From assembly GCA_963740085.1 (NCBI GenBank), contig CAVUCU010000004.1:96001-160000 (forward strand): a stretch of DNA of 64,000 nucleotides, read 5' to 3'. Shown piece by piece: positions 18,320 to 28,333 of the stretch; positions within the stretch are counted from its first letter, which is position 1; every line of letters begins with the position of its first letter. This DNA comes from Nitrospirota bacterium (GTDB taxonomy: Bacteria > Nitrospirota > UBA9217). A program made the translations under genes and the position numbers. The notes beneath the pieces were generated by a model, which saw only the letters and a list, made by a program, of their open reading frames with translations, made no database searches and was not told the DNA's origin.

Positions 18320-19387
18320 TTATCGCAGGGTAATGGCTTTTTCAGGACACATCTCCTGGCAGCAAAAGCACGCAATGCAAATCTCACCATTCACCTGGGG
18401 GATATTTCCAACCATAGCTAAAGCTGATACCGGACAATGATCAACACAGGTGCCGCAGCTCGTACATTTCTCAGGGTCCGCCTGAGGGCGCAGGATCGCC
18501 CGTCCATGGATCATTGACTGCATGGCCTCATTGCGGAATAGTGCTTCTCCGCCCAACGGGGGCAGTTTGAAATCAGGCAGCGTTTTCAACTCTCCGACGA
18601 TTTCGATCGTCTTGAGATCGTAGTCGCCCAGGCCTGCCTCCTTCGCCTTCTGAAGGAATCGTAGTTTTCCCGGATCGCATCCCATCATGGTCGCAATAAC
18701 GGAGTCAACAGCAACCGCATTGTCCGACGCGAGGAGCATGCCGATGTTCCTGAGGTCAGGGGAGGCTGGGCCATTTCCTTCCATCCCGACTACGGCATCA
18801 ACGATGAATAAATCCGGTACCCGAAGCTTGAATACCTCTACAATCACTTCATTAAAATCCGCAGGGTTGCCTGCAGCCTTGTGCAGCATGGCTTTCTGTG
18901 CGCCAGGCAATAAACCGTAACTGTTCTTGATCGCTCCAGTCAGAACAGTCAGGCCATGGGTTTTAAATTTCGGCAGACTGATGACAATATCAGCGTCCAG
19001 TGCGTCTTGCGAGACGCTGACAAACGGCATATATTTGGGATTGAAAGCGACTTTCTGGGAATCATTCCCGATGTTTTTATAGTGGCCTTTGGCTGCTTCC
19101 ATCAATCCGGTTTTGGAAAAGCTCTCCTCATTCGCGCCGTAACTGAACAGGCCTGGATTATCTCCCACGATAAGAGAGGCGGGGCCCATTGTTTCCACCT
19201 TTTCAACAACAGCACGAAGAACAGCAGGATTGGTGACGATACCATCTTTTGTCTCCGAGCTTCGGAGAACGTTTGGTTTGATCAGGACTTTCTTTCCCGA
19301 TACTGTCAGGGGAAAGAGTTCAAATGCCCGGTCTACGGCTTGACGGACATTCCCATAACTGGCTGGCTGGATCATTACTTTTGACAT
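18320..19387 (-). CDS. DUF362-domain protein with C-terminal 2x[4Fe-4S] ferredoxin domain
   Basis: VLIKPN, LPKFKTH, GAIKN, MEGNGP; CTSCGTCVDHCP and CIACFCCQEMCP. Confidence 0.9.
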   Translation of the reverse strand: MSKVMIQPASYGNVRQAVDRAFELFPLTVSGKKVLIKPNVLRSSETKDGIVTNPAVLRAVVEKVETMGPASLIVGDNPGLFSYGANEESFSKTGLMEAAKGHYKNIGNDSQKVAFNPKYMPFVSVSQDALDADIVISLPKFKTHGLTVLTGAIKNSYGLLPGAQKAMLHKAAGNPADFNEVIVEVFKLRVPDLFIVDAVVGMEGNGPASPDLRNIGMLLASDNAVAVDSVIATMMGCDPGKLRFLQKAKEAGLGDYDLKTIEIVGELKTLPDFKLPPLGGEALFRNEAMQSMIHGRAILRPQADPEKCTSCGTCVDHCPVSALAMVGNIPQVNGEICIACFCCQEMCPEKAITLR

Positions 19388-19391
19388 GGTT

Positions 19392-19958
19392 TTACTCCTT
19401 TTTCGCGATTGAAAATGCCCTGCCTATACGCTCACCAATGCCATGGTAGGCGCCTTGCCCCGTATCAAAAACGAGCGGCTTGACCTTCAGGATATCAGCC
19501 ATTCCCTTCTCGCCGAGCACCGACTCTTCAGCCTTGATGTCCAGGATCTCTCCGATGAATTGCGTGTGAAGACCGATTTCCAGCGTGTGGATCACCTTGC
19601 ACTCTATTATCAAGGGAAATTCTTTTACGTACGGAGCGTCAACGAGGTCGCTTCGAACAGGGGTTAGCTTTGTCATTGCAAATTTATCGACATTTCGTCC
19701 GGAAGTCATTCCCACATAGTCCACCTCTTTCACCATCGCAACCGAAGGGATGTTAAGGGTATATGCTTTGCGTTCCTTGATGCTCCCGTATGTGTAGGTT
19801 TCCTTTCGCAGGGAAATAGTGACGCAGGGAGGTTGGGAGCAGCATATCCCGCCCCATGCAATAGTCATGATGTTTGGCTTGCCGTGCGAATCATAGCTTC
19901 CAACAACCCAGACAGGGGCTGGCTGTGCAAGTGTTTTGGCGCCGAGTGATTTTTTCAT
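19392..19958 (-). CDS. Flavin reductase / flavoredoxin family protein
   Basis: PNIMTIAWGG, SGRNVDKF, APYVKEFPLIIECK, HTQFIGEI. Confidence 0.9.
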   Translation of the reverse strand: MKKSLGAKTLAQPAPVWVVGSYDSHGKPNIMTIAWGGICCSQPPCVTISLRKETYTYGSIKERKAYTLNIPSVAMVKEVDYVGMTSGRNVDKFAMTKLTPVRSDLVDAPYVKEFPLIIECKVIHTLEIGLHTQFIGEILDIKAEESVLGEKGMADILKVKPLVFDTGQGAYHGIGERIGRAFSIAKKE

Positions 19959-20100
19959 AGTTGCCTCCTTAAAAAATGTCGTAAGAGACCGAAGATCGGC
20001 AATGCAGACCGGCTTATTCAGCGGAGAATACGCCGACTGTTATATATCATCATGAATATATTCCTGATCTCAGACGATGTCAATAATGTATAAAATGCAT

Positions 20101-20204
20101 TGACCAATCATTGGCAAAGGGAAATCCACGGTGATATATTGCACGCGTTGTTGCTGCCGTTGGGAAGCGTGTGCCTCAAGTGGGTGTCCCCCCTCCGGCA
20201 CCAT
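20101..20204. repeat. About 104-bp degenerate direct repeat ending in the tRNA-Leu 3' end (att arm, copy 1)
   Basis: Aligns throughout with 29847-29949. Confidence 0.9.
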
Positions 20205-20260
20205 TTTCTTTCATATATATTTTCGATTAATAAAATCTGTGGCCCTTCGCTCGGCACCAT

Positions 20261-20625
20261 CCTGAGGTGCACAACCTTTCAGGCACCTAGCCCAACCGGA
20301 ATGATATTGTCAATTTTCCTCGGCAGCTTATATCAACAAAGAAACAAAACCGTGCAACATCTTCCTCACGTATAACCTCAAACCTATCAGAGAAAACCCA
20401 GGTTAAGTCTTTTTGTTTGACGGCAGTCATTTCTTTAAGGATATCACCGGACATCTTTAAAGCTCGTGAATACTCGTTTACAGGAAGCAGAACTTTGTTT
20501 GGCTGACGTTTGATATTCTCATACCTTTCAATTTCTTCCTTTAGTTTTTCACGTGGTCCTGTGAATTTGCCGACCTGATTGCTAATGACAACGTTCAGGA
20601 CATCGTGGACAAAAATAATGTTCAC
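20261..20625 (-). pseudogene. C-terminal remnant of a putative integrase, copy 2
   Basis: Coiled-coil-like REKLKEEIERYE, then ILKEMTAVKQKDLTWVFSDRFEVIREEDVARFCFF; homologous to 17289-17468 and likewise pointing into an att copy. Confidence 0.6.
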
Positions 20626-20639
20626 GACAAGCAGGCACT

Positions 20640-20950
20640 TTATCGCAGTTGGTACTTGTATTCTTCGACCTGGATTGAATCCAGGAAGAGCTTCAGCTTT
20701 TGTTCTTTGGCGGAACCGAGAACATTTCGCCCCAGATGCTCATCCTGCAATCGCTTCGGATAAAACGAACGGGATTATAATAACCTCCACCGTCTTATCC
20801 AAGAAGTGTTTTGAAACATCATTCTTGCTCGGAAAGATCAATTTTATCTCCGACGCGGCCAGCGCCTTGAGCGGTGTGCTCCCCTTGAGCTTACTGCAGC
20901 GGTAGGCGCTGTTATGGTGGTGTTCAAAAGCCTGGGTTGATGCTGTGGCT
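20640..20950 (-). mobile_element. Frameshifted C-terminal fragment of a DDE (integrase-core) transposase
   Basis: Pieces in shifting frames: AFEHHHNSAYRCSKLKGSTPLKAL / VRFIRSDCRMSI / GEMFSVPP / KEQKLKLFLDSIQVEEYKYQLR*; recognised by resemblance only. Confidence 0.55.
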
Positions 20951-21144
20951 ATTCGATTCTTAGTACAGGGTGCGCTGCATGAATAGTTCTATCTCATACA
21001 TAGTTTGATTTATCCACCTCTCGATTATTGTATCAATTCTGTATTAATTAGGCCGCCGCAAGAATAACAAAGGATTGCAGTGCCATATTTTCTTTGCCGC
21101 AAAAAAACGGACGCCGCTGCCTGAAGAATTAGTATCCATACACA

Positions 21145-21188
21145 TATCAATAAGTTAACGGCTGCAATGCAATGGCATGGCGATTGCT
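21145..21188 (+). promoter_or_regulatory. Sigma54 promoter with upstream IHF site
   Basis: TGGCATGGCGATTGCT (GG-N10-GC) at 21173-21188; TATCAA-TAAG-TTA at 21145-21157 matches WATCAANNNNTTR; a sigma54 activator is encoded in the same island. Confidence 0.8.
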
Positions 21189-21243
21189 ATATCATCCACG
21201 AAGTTTGGCAACAACAATCATAACTACGGATCGGGGTGCAGCA

Positions 21244-23031
21244 ATGAAGGATAAATTAGAAGCAATACGCAATAACATTCACAGACACCACGGATGGAAG
21301 TGGTTCATACTTTCCACCGTTTTGCTGGGAGCCACCATGTCGGCCCTTGATGTAAGCATCGTAAACGTGGCTGTGCCGACGCTCAAGAACACCTTCGGGG
21401 TTTCGATGGCGGTCATCGAATGGATAACAATGGCGTATATGCTTACGCTGACCATATTCCTGCCGCTGTTCGGAAGGCTGGCCGATATGTTCGGCAGGTC
21501 GAAACTCTATAATATCGGATTTGTGGTGTTCTCTGTGGGTTCGCTGTTTTGCGGCATGTCGTCCACGGCGGGATTCATGATCGCAGCCAGAATCATCCAG
21601 GCCATCGGGGCCGGGCTTCTCCAGGCCAACTCCATTGCTCTTATTACCCAGGCATTTCCAACGAACGAGAGGGGCAAAGCTATCGGCATCCAGGCAGCAG
21701 TCCAGGCGATAGCGATGTCAGTCGGCCCTTTTGTGGGAGGCATACTGATCGCCACAGTAGGCTGGCGGGCGATCTTCTATATTAATATCCCCATCGGCAT
21801 ATTGGGGACCGTTGCCGCCCTGTTTATTCTTCCGCTTGACCAGAAAGTCGAAAAGAAGGAAAAGGTTGATTACCTTGGGGCAGCGCTGTTTGCCTCAGGA
21901 TTGGCATCTATCGTGCTCGCCTTCAACGAGGGAGTGAAGCTCGGTTGGGGCTCGCAAACCATCATGATGTATTTCGTGTCCGGCGCCGTGCTCCTGTCCC
22001 TTTTCATACTAACGGAGCTAAAGGTCGAGTTCCCGCTGATAGATCTTAAGCTTTTCAGGAACGCCACCTTTTTACTGGGGAACCTGACCGGTATGCTGTC
22101 CTATTATGTCCTGTTCGCGGTCATGTTCCTGATGCCCTTTTATCTCGAAAAAGCGCTTGGCTACAGTGTCGCTCTCACCGGCGCGCTGCTGACACCCCTT
22201 CTTCTTGCGATGGCGGTAGTGGCCCCATTCTCAGGCCAAATCTCGGATAAATACGGTTCGAGGATAATGACAACTTCCGGCATGATTCTTTCCGCCCTGG
22301 CATGTTTCTCACTTGTCTTCATGGGAGTGTCCGTGCAGCTGCCCCTGCTGGTATCTGTGTTAATACTCCTCGGGGCTGGCATGGGGATGTTTATTACTCC
22401 GAACAACAGCGTCGTCATAGGGGCCGCCCCTCAGGAGAAACTGGGAGTGGCCGGAGGCGTCCTGAACATGATGCGGTCCCTTGGGCTTATCTTCGGGGTG
22501 ACCATATCAGGCGTTATATTCACTACCCTGCAGCACAAGTACCTGTCCGATAATGGGTATCCAAATGTTCAACGTGTATTCAGCAACGCCAGTATTCCGG
22601 TGTCTGTTAAAGCCAGCGCATTTATGCACGGGTTTGTGATGGTAGTTATGGTCCTTATGGCAGTTACAATTTTTTCGGCATTCCTTTCATTTATCAGAAA
22701 AGTCAAAACAATTGACATCATAGATCATGAAGCAGCGAGAACCGCTGTCGTTTCATCAGGATTTTTTAATGGCTTTGGACAGGAAAGCAGGGGGATTGCT
22801 TTATTTATAATGCTCCTGCTGTTTATCGGGGTCACCAGTGCTTTTGCTTCGTCTCGATTGAGCGGCGGTAGCGTTACAACTACGAATGCAGTGCACAGCG
22901 TACCTGCGAAGTCTGATGTCGGGAAGAACGGCGAACCTGTAAAACAAAACATCAAACAAGGCGTTGCTGCAGCCGGGCATGGCACCGGTATGCGTGACTG
23001 GGCCTTTGATCTTTTAATCAACGTCAATTAA
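21244..23031 (+). CDS. DHA2-family (14-TM) MFS efflux transporter with C-terminal extension
   Basis: LDVSIVNVA, GRLADMFGR, ERGKAIG, GPFVGG, WRAIFYINIPIG. Confidence 0.92.
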   Translation: MKDKLEAIRNNIHRHHGWKWFILSTVLLGATMSALDVSIVNVAVPTLKNTFGVSMAVIEWITMAYMLTLTIFLPLFGRLADMFGRSKLYNIGFVVFSVGSLFCGMSSTAGFMIAARIIQAIGAGLLQANSIALITQAFPTNERGKAIGIQAAVQAIAMSVGPFVGGILIATVGWRAIFYINIPIGILGTVAALFILPLDQKVEKKEKVDYLGAALFASGLASIVLAFNEGVKLGWGSQTIMMYFVSGAVLLSLFILTELKVEFPLIDLKLFRNATFLLGNLTGMLSYYVLFAVMFLMPFYLEKALGYSVALTGALLTPLLLAMAVVAPFSGQISDKYGSRIMTTSGMILSALACFSLVFMGVSVQLPLLVSVLILLGAGMGMFITPNNSVVIGAAPQEKLGVAGGVLNMMRSLGLIFGVTISGVIFTTLQHKYLSDNGYPNVQRVFSNASIPVSVKASAFMHGFVMVVMVLMAVTIFSAFLSFIRKVKTIDIIDHEAARTAVVSSGFFNGFGQESRGIALFIMLLLFIGVTSAFASSRLSGGSVTTTNAVHSVPAKSDVGKNGEPVKQNIKQGVAAAGHGTGMRDWAFDLLINVN

Positions 23032-23262
23032 GGAAATGGGATCTTGTAGGTCCCTAACATAAAATTTATATGAGGAGGTAATTTAACAATGAGCAGATGG
23101 CCTTTTCCTTGTCCGTCCTTTAGCTTCTCGCGCGAGCCATAAATGGCTTGTCCTTGTGTCCGTGTTCTTAAGTGCAACCAAGTCGGCCCTGGGTGTGAAC
23201 ATTGCAAATCGGTAATGCCGAGTGTTTGTTGAGTCACTATATTATTTTATGGAGGTTGTGTT

Positions 23263-24033
23263 ATGTTAGCAAGCTGGCTGTTTTTACTGAGCTGTAGCTT
23301 AAGCGGTTCTTTTTTATCCAGTCTGTTGGGAATAGGGGGCGCCATATTCATTATTCCTGTAATTATGTTTTTTCAAAAGAATGTACATTTGAATATGGGG
23401 ATACATCAGATAAGCGCCCTTTCCACGCTTTTCGTCTTTGTGGCGGGGAGCATCGGTTTTTGGGCGCATGGCCGGCACATGAAGATAGAAAAGCGGTTGA
23501 TCCTCATAACCGGCATTTGTGCTTCCCTCGGGGCGCTGGCAGGTGGGACGGTGCAATTCTATCTGCCGCATAATGTGATTATGACAACATTCGTTACGCT
23601 ATTGTTTCTTATCAGTTTTTTGATGCTTTGGCCCCTTAAGGTTGAGTATACTGAGATGCCCGAATATTCAATAACTAAAACGGCTATTGGTTGTTTGACA
23701 GGAGGTTTTCTGGCAGGCACGGTGGGCATAGGAGGAGGCACGATACTGGTGCCCTTTATGATCGTTTTTCTTAAGATTCCTACCAAGGCGGCCATTGCTA
23801 CCGGCTTGGCTCTGGTAATGCTGGCAGGCCTTTTTGGCTTGGTCGGCCGGATGGGCCATGCTTCCTCTGTGCCCTGGATTTTAGGCATACCTCTCTTAAT
23901 CGGCATACTGCCGGGCAGCTTGCTCGGAACCTATACCAATCGGCGGGTGCCCGCAGCCGTTCTGCGCAAGGGCTTTGCCCTGCTGATTCTGGCGCTGGCT
24001 ATTCAGCAGGTCGCAACTATTTTCATGGCATAA
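23263..24033 (+). CDS. TauE/SafE (TSUP) family permease
   Basis: Two LLGIGGA/TVGIGGG..VP repeats, 8 TM segments, RBS ggagg. Confidence 0.88.
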   Translation: MLASWLFLLSCSLSGSFLSSLLGIGGAIFIIPVIMFFQKNVHLNMGIHQISALSTLFVFVAGSIGFWAHGRHMKIEKRLILITGICASLGALAGGTVQFYLPHNVIMTTFVTLLFLISFLMLWPLKVEYTEMPEYSITKTAIGCLTGGFLAGTVGIGGGTILVPFMIVFLKIPTKAAIATGLALVMLAGLFGLVGRMGHASSVPWILGIPLLIGILPGSLLGTYTNRRVPAAVLRKGFALLILALAIQQVATIFMA

Positions 24034-24046
24034 ATTCGTAGGTATC

Positions 24047-24152
24047 GAGCCTCTTGCGGAAGTCCCGTTCATGATTCGACAGACTCTCCACGAACGGAAA
24101 GATCCTTGCGTATTCAGTGCACCGCCGCCGCATGGACTTTTGCAAGAGGCTC
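24047..24152. mobile_element. MITE-like element with an internal REP-like hairpin
   Basis: 19-bp terminal inverted repeats gagcctcttgcggaagtcc / ggacttttgcaagaggctc; internal ccgttc..ttcgaca..gaacgg. Confidence 0.7.
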
Positions 24153-24187
24153 AACGTTTTATAATTCCTCAGGAGCTCTTTGCATAA

Positions 24188-25801
24188 ATGTTAACGAACA
24201 GAAGGACTGCGACAAAACCTAAAAGGATAAAAAAAATACTGGAGCATTGGCATGATTTTCGCCTGAAGCTTATTTTTGAAGGTATTTTAACCGGGGCGTT
24301 TGCCGGCCTGGTCGTGGTTTGTTTTAGACTTATGCTGGGTTGGACCGGCAAGGAACTGCCCAAGGTGTTTGCCTTTCTGAGGTCGAATGCCTTTAGCTGG
24401 ACCGCATTATGGTTTGTTTCCCTTATTATCAGCGGCTTGATTTTGGCCTGGTTGATTAAGGTCGTGCCGATGTCTACCGGCAGTGGCATCCCGCAGGTGA
24501 AAGGCATTCTGTCGGGATTTTGGCGATTTGACTGGCTTAAAGTAATCGGGGCAAAGTTTATCGGGGGTCTATTGGCAATTGGGGCGGGCCTTTCCCTGGG
24601 CCGGGAAGGCCCTTCGGTGCAATTGGGCGCGGCGGCGGGTCAGGGGATCAGCCGGCTTTTGAGACGCACCAGTATGGAGGAAAAATATTTACTCACCAGC
24701 GGGTCAAGCGCCGGGCTGTCCGCAGCCTTTAATGCCCCGCTGGCCGGGGTAATGTTCGCCCTGGAGGAACTGCATAAAAACTTTTCTCCGGTGGTGCTGG
24801 CTTCTGCCGTGGCTTCCTCGGTTACAGCGGTTTTTGTCACGCGCGAAGTTTTCGGGCAAAGTTCGGTGTTTGACTTTCACAATATTCCCGTGTTGCCCTT
24901 TCATTATTACTTGTATGTCGTGGTCCTGGGCCTTTTAGTCGGGGCTTTTGGGGTATATTTCAACTCGAGCCTGGTCAGATTTCAGGTTTTTTACGAGAAA
25001 CTGCCCTTGGTGCCACAAAAATTAAAACCGGCCATTCCTTTGATAGCGGCCGGATTCCTGGGATTTGTCCTGCCCCAGGCACTGGGCGGCGGAGACGACT
25101 TGATTAATTCGTTGCCGCAGATGCACTACACGCTCTCCCTGCTCCTGGTCATTATTGCGGTCAAATTTTACTTTACCATGTTGAGCTACGGTTCGGGCGT
25201 CCCGGGCGGCATCTTTATGCCCCTCTTGGCCATCGGCGCTTTAAGCGGCAATGTGTACGGCAGTCTTGCCGCCCAATATCTCCATGTTGAGCCCATGTAT
25301 GTCAACAACTTCATCATCCTGGCCATGGCCGCATACTTCAGCGCCATTGTCAAGGCGCCCATTACCGGCAGCGTCTTGATCATGGAAATGACCGGTAACA
25401 TGGAGCAGCTTTTACCTTTAATTACCGTTTGCATGTCCGCCTATATTGCCAGTGATTTATTTAACGGCAAGCCTGTTTATGATGTTTTGTTGAACCGGAT
25501 TCTGGCTAAACACAGGACAGCTTATAAACCGAGCCCTCAGGAACATGATGAGGAAAAACATATCCTGGAAAAAGTGGTCAGTTTGGGGGCACCGGCTTGT
25601 GACAAAAAAATATGCGATATTGATTGGCCGGAGAACAGTCTTTTGGTGGGTATCAGGCGGGGGGATGCCGAATTGATCCCGGCGCATGACACGATTATTT
25701 ATCCCGGGGATTATCTGATAGTGATGTCCGGGACAGCGGTATTCTCCAATGTGCACTCCTGTATCGAGGAACTGACCGGTGGAGAGAAGGTCTGTCTATG
25801 A
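24188..25801 (+). CDS. clcA: ClC-family H+/Cl- exchanger with C-terminal TrkA-C domain
   Basis: GSGIP, GREGP, FNAPLAG, LEE and GGIFMP motifs; gating and proton glutamates present. Confidence 0.92.
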   Translation: MLTNRRTATKPKRIKKILEHWHDFRLKLIFEGILTGAFAGLVVVCFRLMLGWTGKELPKVFAFLRSNAFSWTALWFVSLIISGLILAWLIKVVPMSTGSGIPQVKGILSGFWRFDWLKVIGAKFIGGLLAIGAGLSLGREGPSVQLGAAAGQGISRLLRRTSMEEKYLLTSGSSAGLSAAFNAPLAGVMFALEELHKNFSPVVLASAVASSVTAVFVTREVFGQSSVFDFHNIPVLPFHYYLYVVVLGLLVGAFGVYFNSSLVRFQVFYEKLPLVPQKLKPAIPLIAAGFLGFVLPQALGGGDDLINSLPQMHYTLSLLLVIIAVKFYFTMLSYGSGVPGGIFMPLLAIGALSGNVYGSLAAQYLHVEPMYVNNFIILAMAAYFSAIVKAPITGSVLIMEMTGNMEQLLPLITVCMSAYIASDLFNGKPVYDVLLNRILAKHRTAYKPSPQEHDEEKHILEKVVSLGAPACDKKICDIDWPENSLLVGIRRGDAELIPAHDTIIYPGDYLIVMSGTAVFSNVHSCIEELTGGEKVCL

Positions 25802-25929
25802 ATTGTTGCACAACCCCTATCCTTCCACCCCCATCCCTTTAGCGGTGGGGTTGGAAGCGTGTTTTAAATAACAATTTGCGGATATACAGTAAATAATGAA
25901 TTTTGTAGAAGGTAACACGAAAGACGAAG

Positions 25930-26454
25930 ATGTCTGAAACAATCGTACGCGACATAATGATAGCTATTGACAGCTATAGCACCGTGCGTTATGACGCAAA
26001 CCTGGAGGAAGCGGTAAAAGTACTTCATAAATCTTTTTACCAGGACGACAACGGAATTACATACGGACACAGGTCCGTTTTAGTGATCGACAAGGCCGGG
26101 GAATTGACAGGCATACTCACCATCCGGAGCATGTTAAAGGCGATGGACAAGGAATTGCCGGTTCTAGGTTCGGCTCTTGGCGGTCTCCTCAGTGAGCTTA
26201 CCCCGTTGCATGGGATGCTGGCTCGCATACCGGTACGGGAGGCCATGATTCCGGTTGCAAAGGCGGCGGTGAAGGAAGATGAAACCACCGGCCACGTCAT
26301 CCATGAGCTACTTAAAAGTGAGGCCGGCATTTTGCCGGTGCTCAGCGCGGGCAAAGTCGTGGGCATATTAAGAGCCATTGATTTTTTACAAAGTGTCGGC
26401 GATATATTGAGCGAAAAACAAAGAGTAATCCTCAGCTTTTTAACAGTCTCATAG
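25930..26454 (+). CDS. CBS-domain pair protein
   Basis: VRDIM..SVLVIDKAGELTGILT..VREAM..LPVLSAGKVVGIL. Confidence 0.88.
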   Translation: MSETIVRDIMIAIDSYSTVRYDANLEEAVKVLHKSFYQDDNGITYGHRSVLVIDKAGELTGILTIRSMLKAMDKELPVLGSALGGLLSELTPLHGMLARIPVREAMIPVAKAAVKEDETTGHVIHELLKSEAGILPVLSAGKVVGILRAIDFLQSVGDILSEKQRVILSFLTVS

Positions 26455-26725
26455 TAGTATTTATAGATTCTTCTCCCGCGTTCGTGCCACAGATTCCAAA
26501 GACTCCCCATCGCGCCTCGCTCTCCTCTCTGATTGCCTCATGGCATTCAGATTACAGCCGAAAAAAGGCGGCGTCAACTTCTCCCAGCATATATGTCATT
26601 GACCCTCTGTGAAAAGAAGATTGCCGTGACAGCCCTCTTAGGGTTATAATGAAAAAGTTTGTTGGATTAAGTAGTATCCATTCAGAACAGTTTTCGCGCA
26701 ATCTTCAGCAGACACAGAGGACAAC

Positions 26726-28333
26726 TTGGGCGTAATAAAGCAGGGCGGATCATCGCTTACGACAAAGTTTATGCTTGGATTAGGCATAATACTGCTGTGT
26801 GTTATTGCCATTCTTTCCTTGATTACCTATGATTATCTGAAAAAAATGTTCATCAATGAGGCCTATGAGAAGACAGACATTGTGCTGGGCCATATTGATG
26901 CTACGATGGAATATGCACGGGATGAGCTCCGTCCCCAGATATTTCATGCCCTGCCCGGGAATGTCTTCATCAAGCAGGTCATGTCCAGCACCTTTATTAA
27001 CATGGGAATCATGAAGAGGTTTAAACAGAGATTTCCCAGCTACATTTACAAAAGAGCCGCCATCGATCCCATGAATCCTGCGAACAAAGCCGATGCCTTT
27101 GAAGAAAAATTTATCAAACAATTCCAGAATGACCCGGCTTCGAAGAAACAGTGGAGGGGCCTGGTTTCCAGAAATGGCGAGGATTACTTTCTCCATGTTA
27201 AAGCTGTTGTTGCTGAAGAAGAGTGCCTGCTCTGTCACGGAGATCCCGCTTTATCACCGGAGTCCATTACCCGGCATTACGGAACGATGCATGGACGCCA
27301 CTGGAAAGTAGGTCATGTAATTGGCCTGGAGTCGATCGCAGCGCCGGTGAGCGGCACATTGCGCCAGTTGCGAAACGCTACGTTTTTCTTTTTCCTTATC
27401 CGCGTCGCCGTCATCGGGCTTTTTTTTGTAACGATGACTTATTTCCATTACCGCATGGCGGTCATGCCCCTGAGACGGGTGAGCTCTTTTTTCAAAGATG
27501 TGGTGAACCGGCACCGGGGTCTTGATATTCATTTGGACGCGCAGGACTATGGTGAAGTCAACGAACTGACCGAATCCTTTAACTGGATGATGGTGCATTT
27601 GAAAAAATCCGAAGAGGAAAGAAAAGAGATGGAGGAACGGGTGCTGCAAGCCGACAAACTAGCCTCCATAGGCCGGCTTGGCGCAGGTGTGGCCCACGAG
27701 ATCAACAATCCGCTCAGCCTGATCCTAGGCTATACAAATATGCTGCGCAAGGAATGTCCGGACGCGGGGCAGGCAAGAGCAGACCTTGATATTGTTTACA
27801 ACAACGCACGATTGTGTAAAAAGATCGTTGAAGACCTGCTCTATTTTTCAAGACAGACCAAAACAGATCTTGTCCCTACCGATATTAACGCTGCTGTCGA
27901 GTCGGCGCTGGTTCCGATGGAAGAAACATTGCGTGCCGGAGGGGTTACAGTCATCCGCGATTATGCTCCTGCGCTGCCTCCTTTGGCGGCAGACGAGGAC
28001 AAACTAAAACGGATTTTCACGAACTTTCTGCTCAACGCTTTTCAGGCAATGCAGCCCGGAGGACGTCTTACCGTCACGACCTCTTATGACAGAGAGAGAA
28101 ACGGCGTGAGGATCGTTTTTTCAGACACGGGCTGCGGTATTCCTGAGGAAATCCGGGATAAGATATTCGAGCCTTTCTTTACTACAAAACCGCCGGGAGA
28201 GGGAACAGGACTGGGGCTTGCGGTAAGCTACGGGATCGTGAAGGAGCACAAAGGGGAACTTTCGGTCATGAGCGAAAAAGGGAAGGGTTCATCTTTTACG
28301 CTTTGGTTTCCTCTTGCGGGTGACCACGTATGA
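26726..28333 (+). CDS. Sensor histidine kinase with periplasmic heme-c (DUF3365-like) domain and HAMP
   Basis: [47 protein letters not shown]. Confidence 0.92.
   Translation: MGVIKQGGSSLTTKFMLGLGIILLCVIAILSLITYDYLKKMFINEAYEKTDIVLGHIDATMEYARDELRPQIFHALPGNVFIKQVMSSTFINMGIMKRFKQRFPSYIYKRAAIDPMNPANKADAFEEKFIKQFQNDPASKKQWRGLVSRNGEDYFLHVKAVVAEEECLLCHGDPALSPESITRHYGTMHGRHWKVGHVIGLESIAAPVSGTLRQLRNATFFFFLIRVAVIGLFFVTMTYFHYRMAVMPLRRVSSFFKDVVNRHRGLDIHLDAQDYGEVNELTESFNWMMVHLKKSEEERKEMEERVLQADKLASIGRLGAGVAHEINNPLSLILGYTNMLRKECPDAGQARADLDIVYNNARLCKKIVEDLLYFSRQTKTDLVPTDINAAVESALVPMEETLRAGGVTVIRDYAPALPPLAADEDKLKRIFTNFLLNAFQAMQPGGRLTVTTSYDRERNGVRIVFSDTGCGIPEEIRDKIFEPFFTTKPPGEGTGLGLAVSYGIVKEHKGELSVMSEKGKGSSFTLWFPLAGDHV

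Larger units (their letters stand above)
17270..20204. mobile_element. Decayed integrative island 1 at tRNA-Leu
   Basis: 19-bp direct repeat gtcccccctccggcaccat at 17270-17288 and 20186-20204; integrase-like remnant next to the tRNA. Confidence 0.8.
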
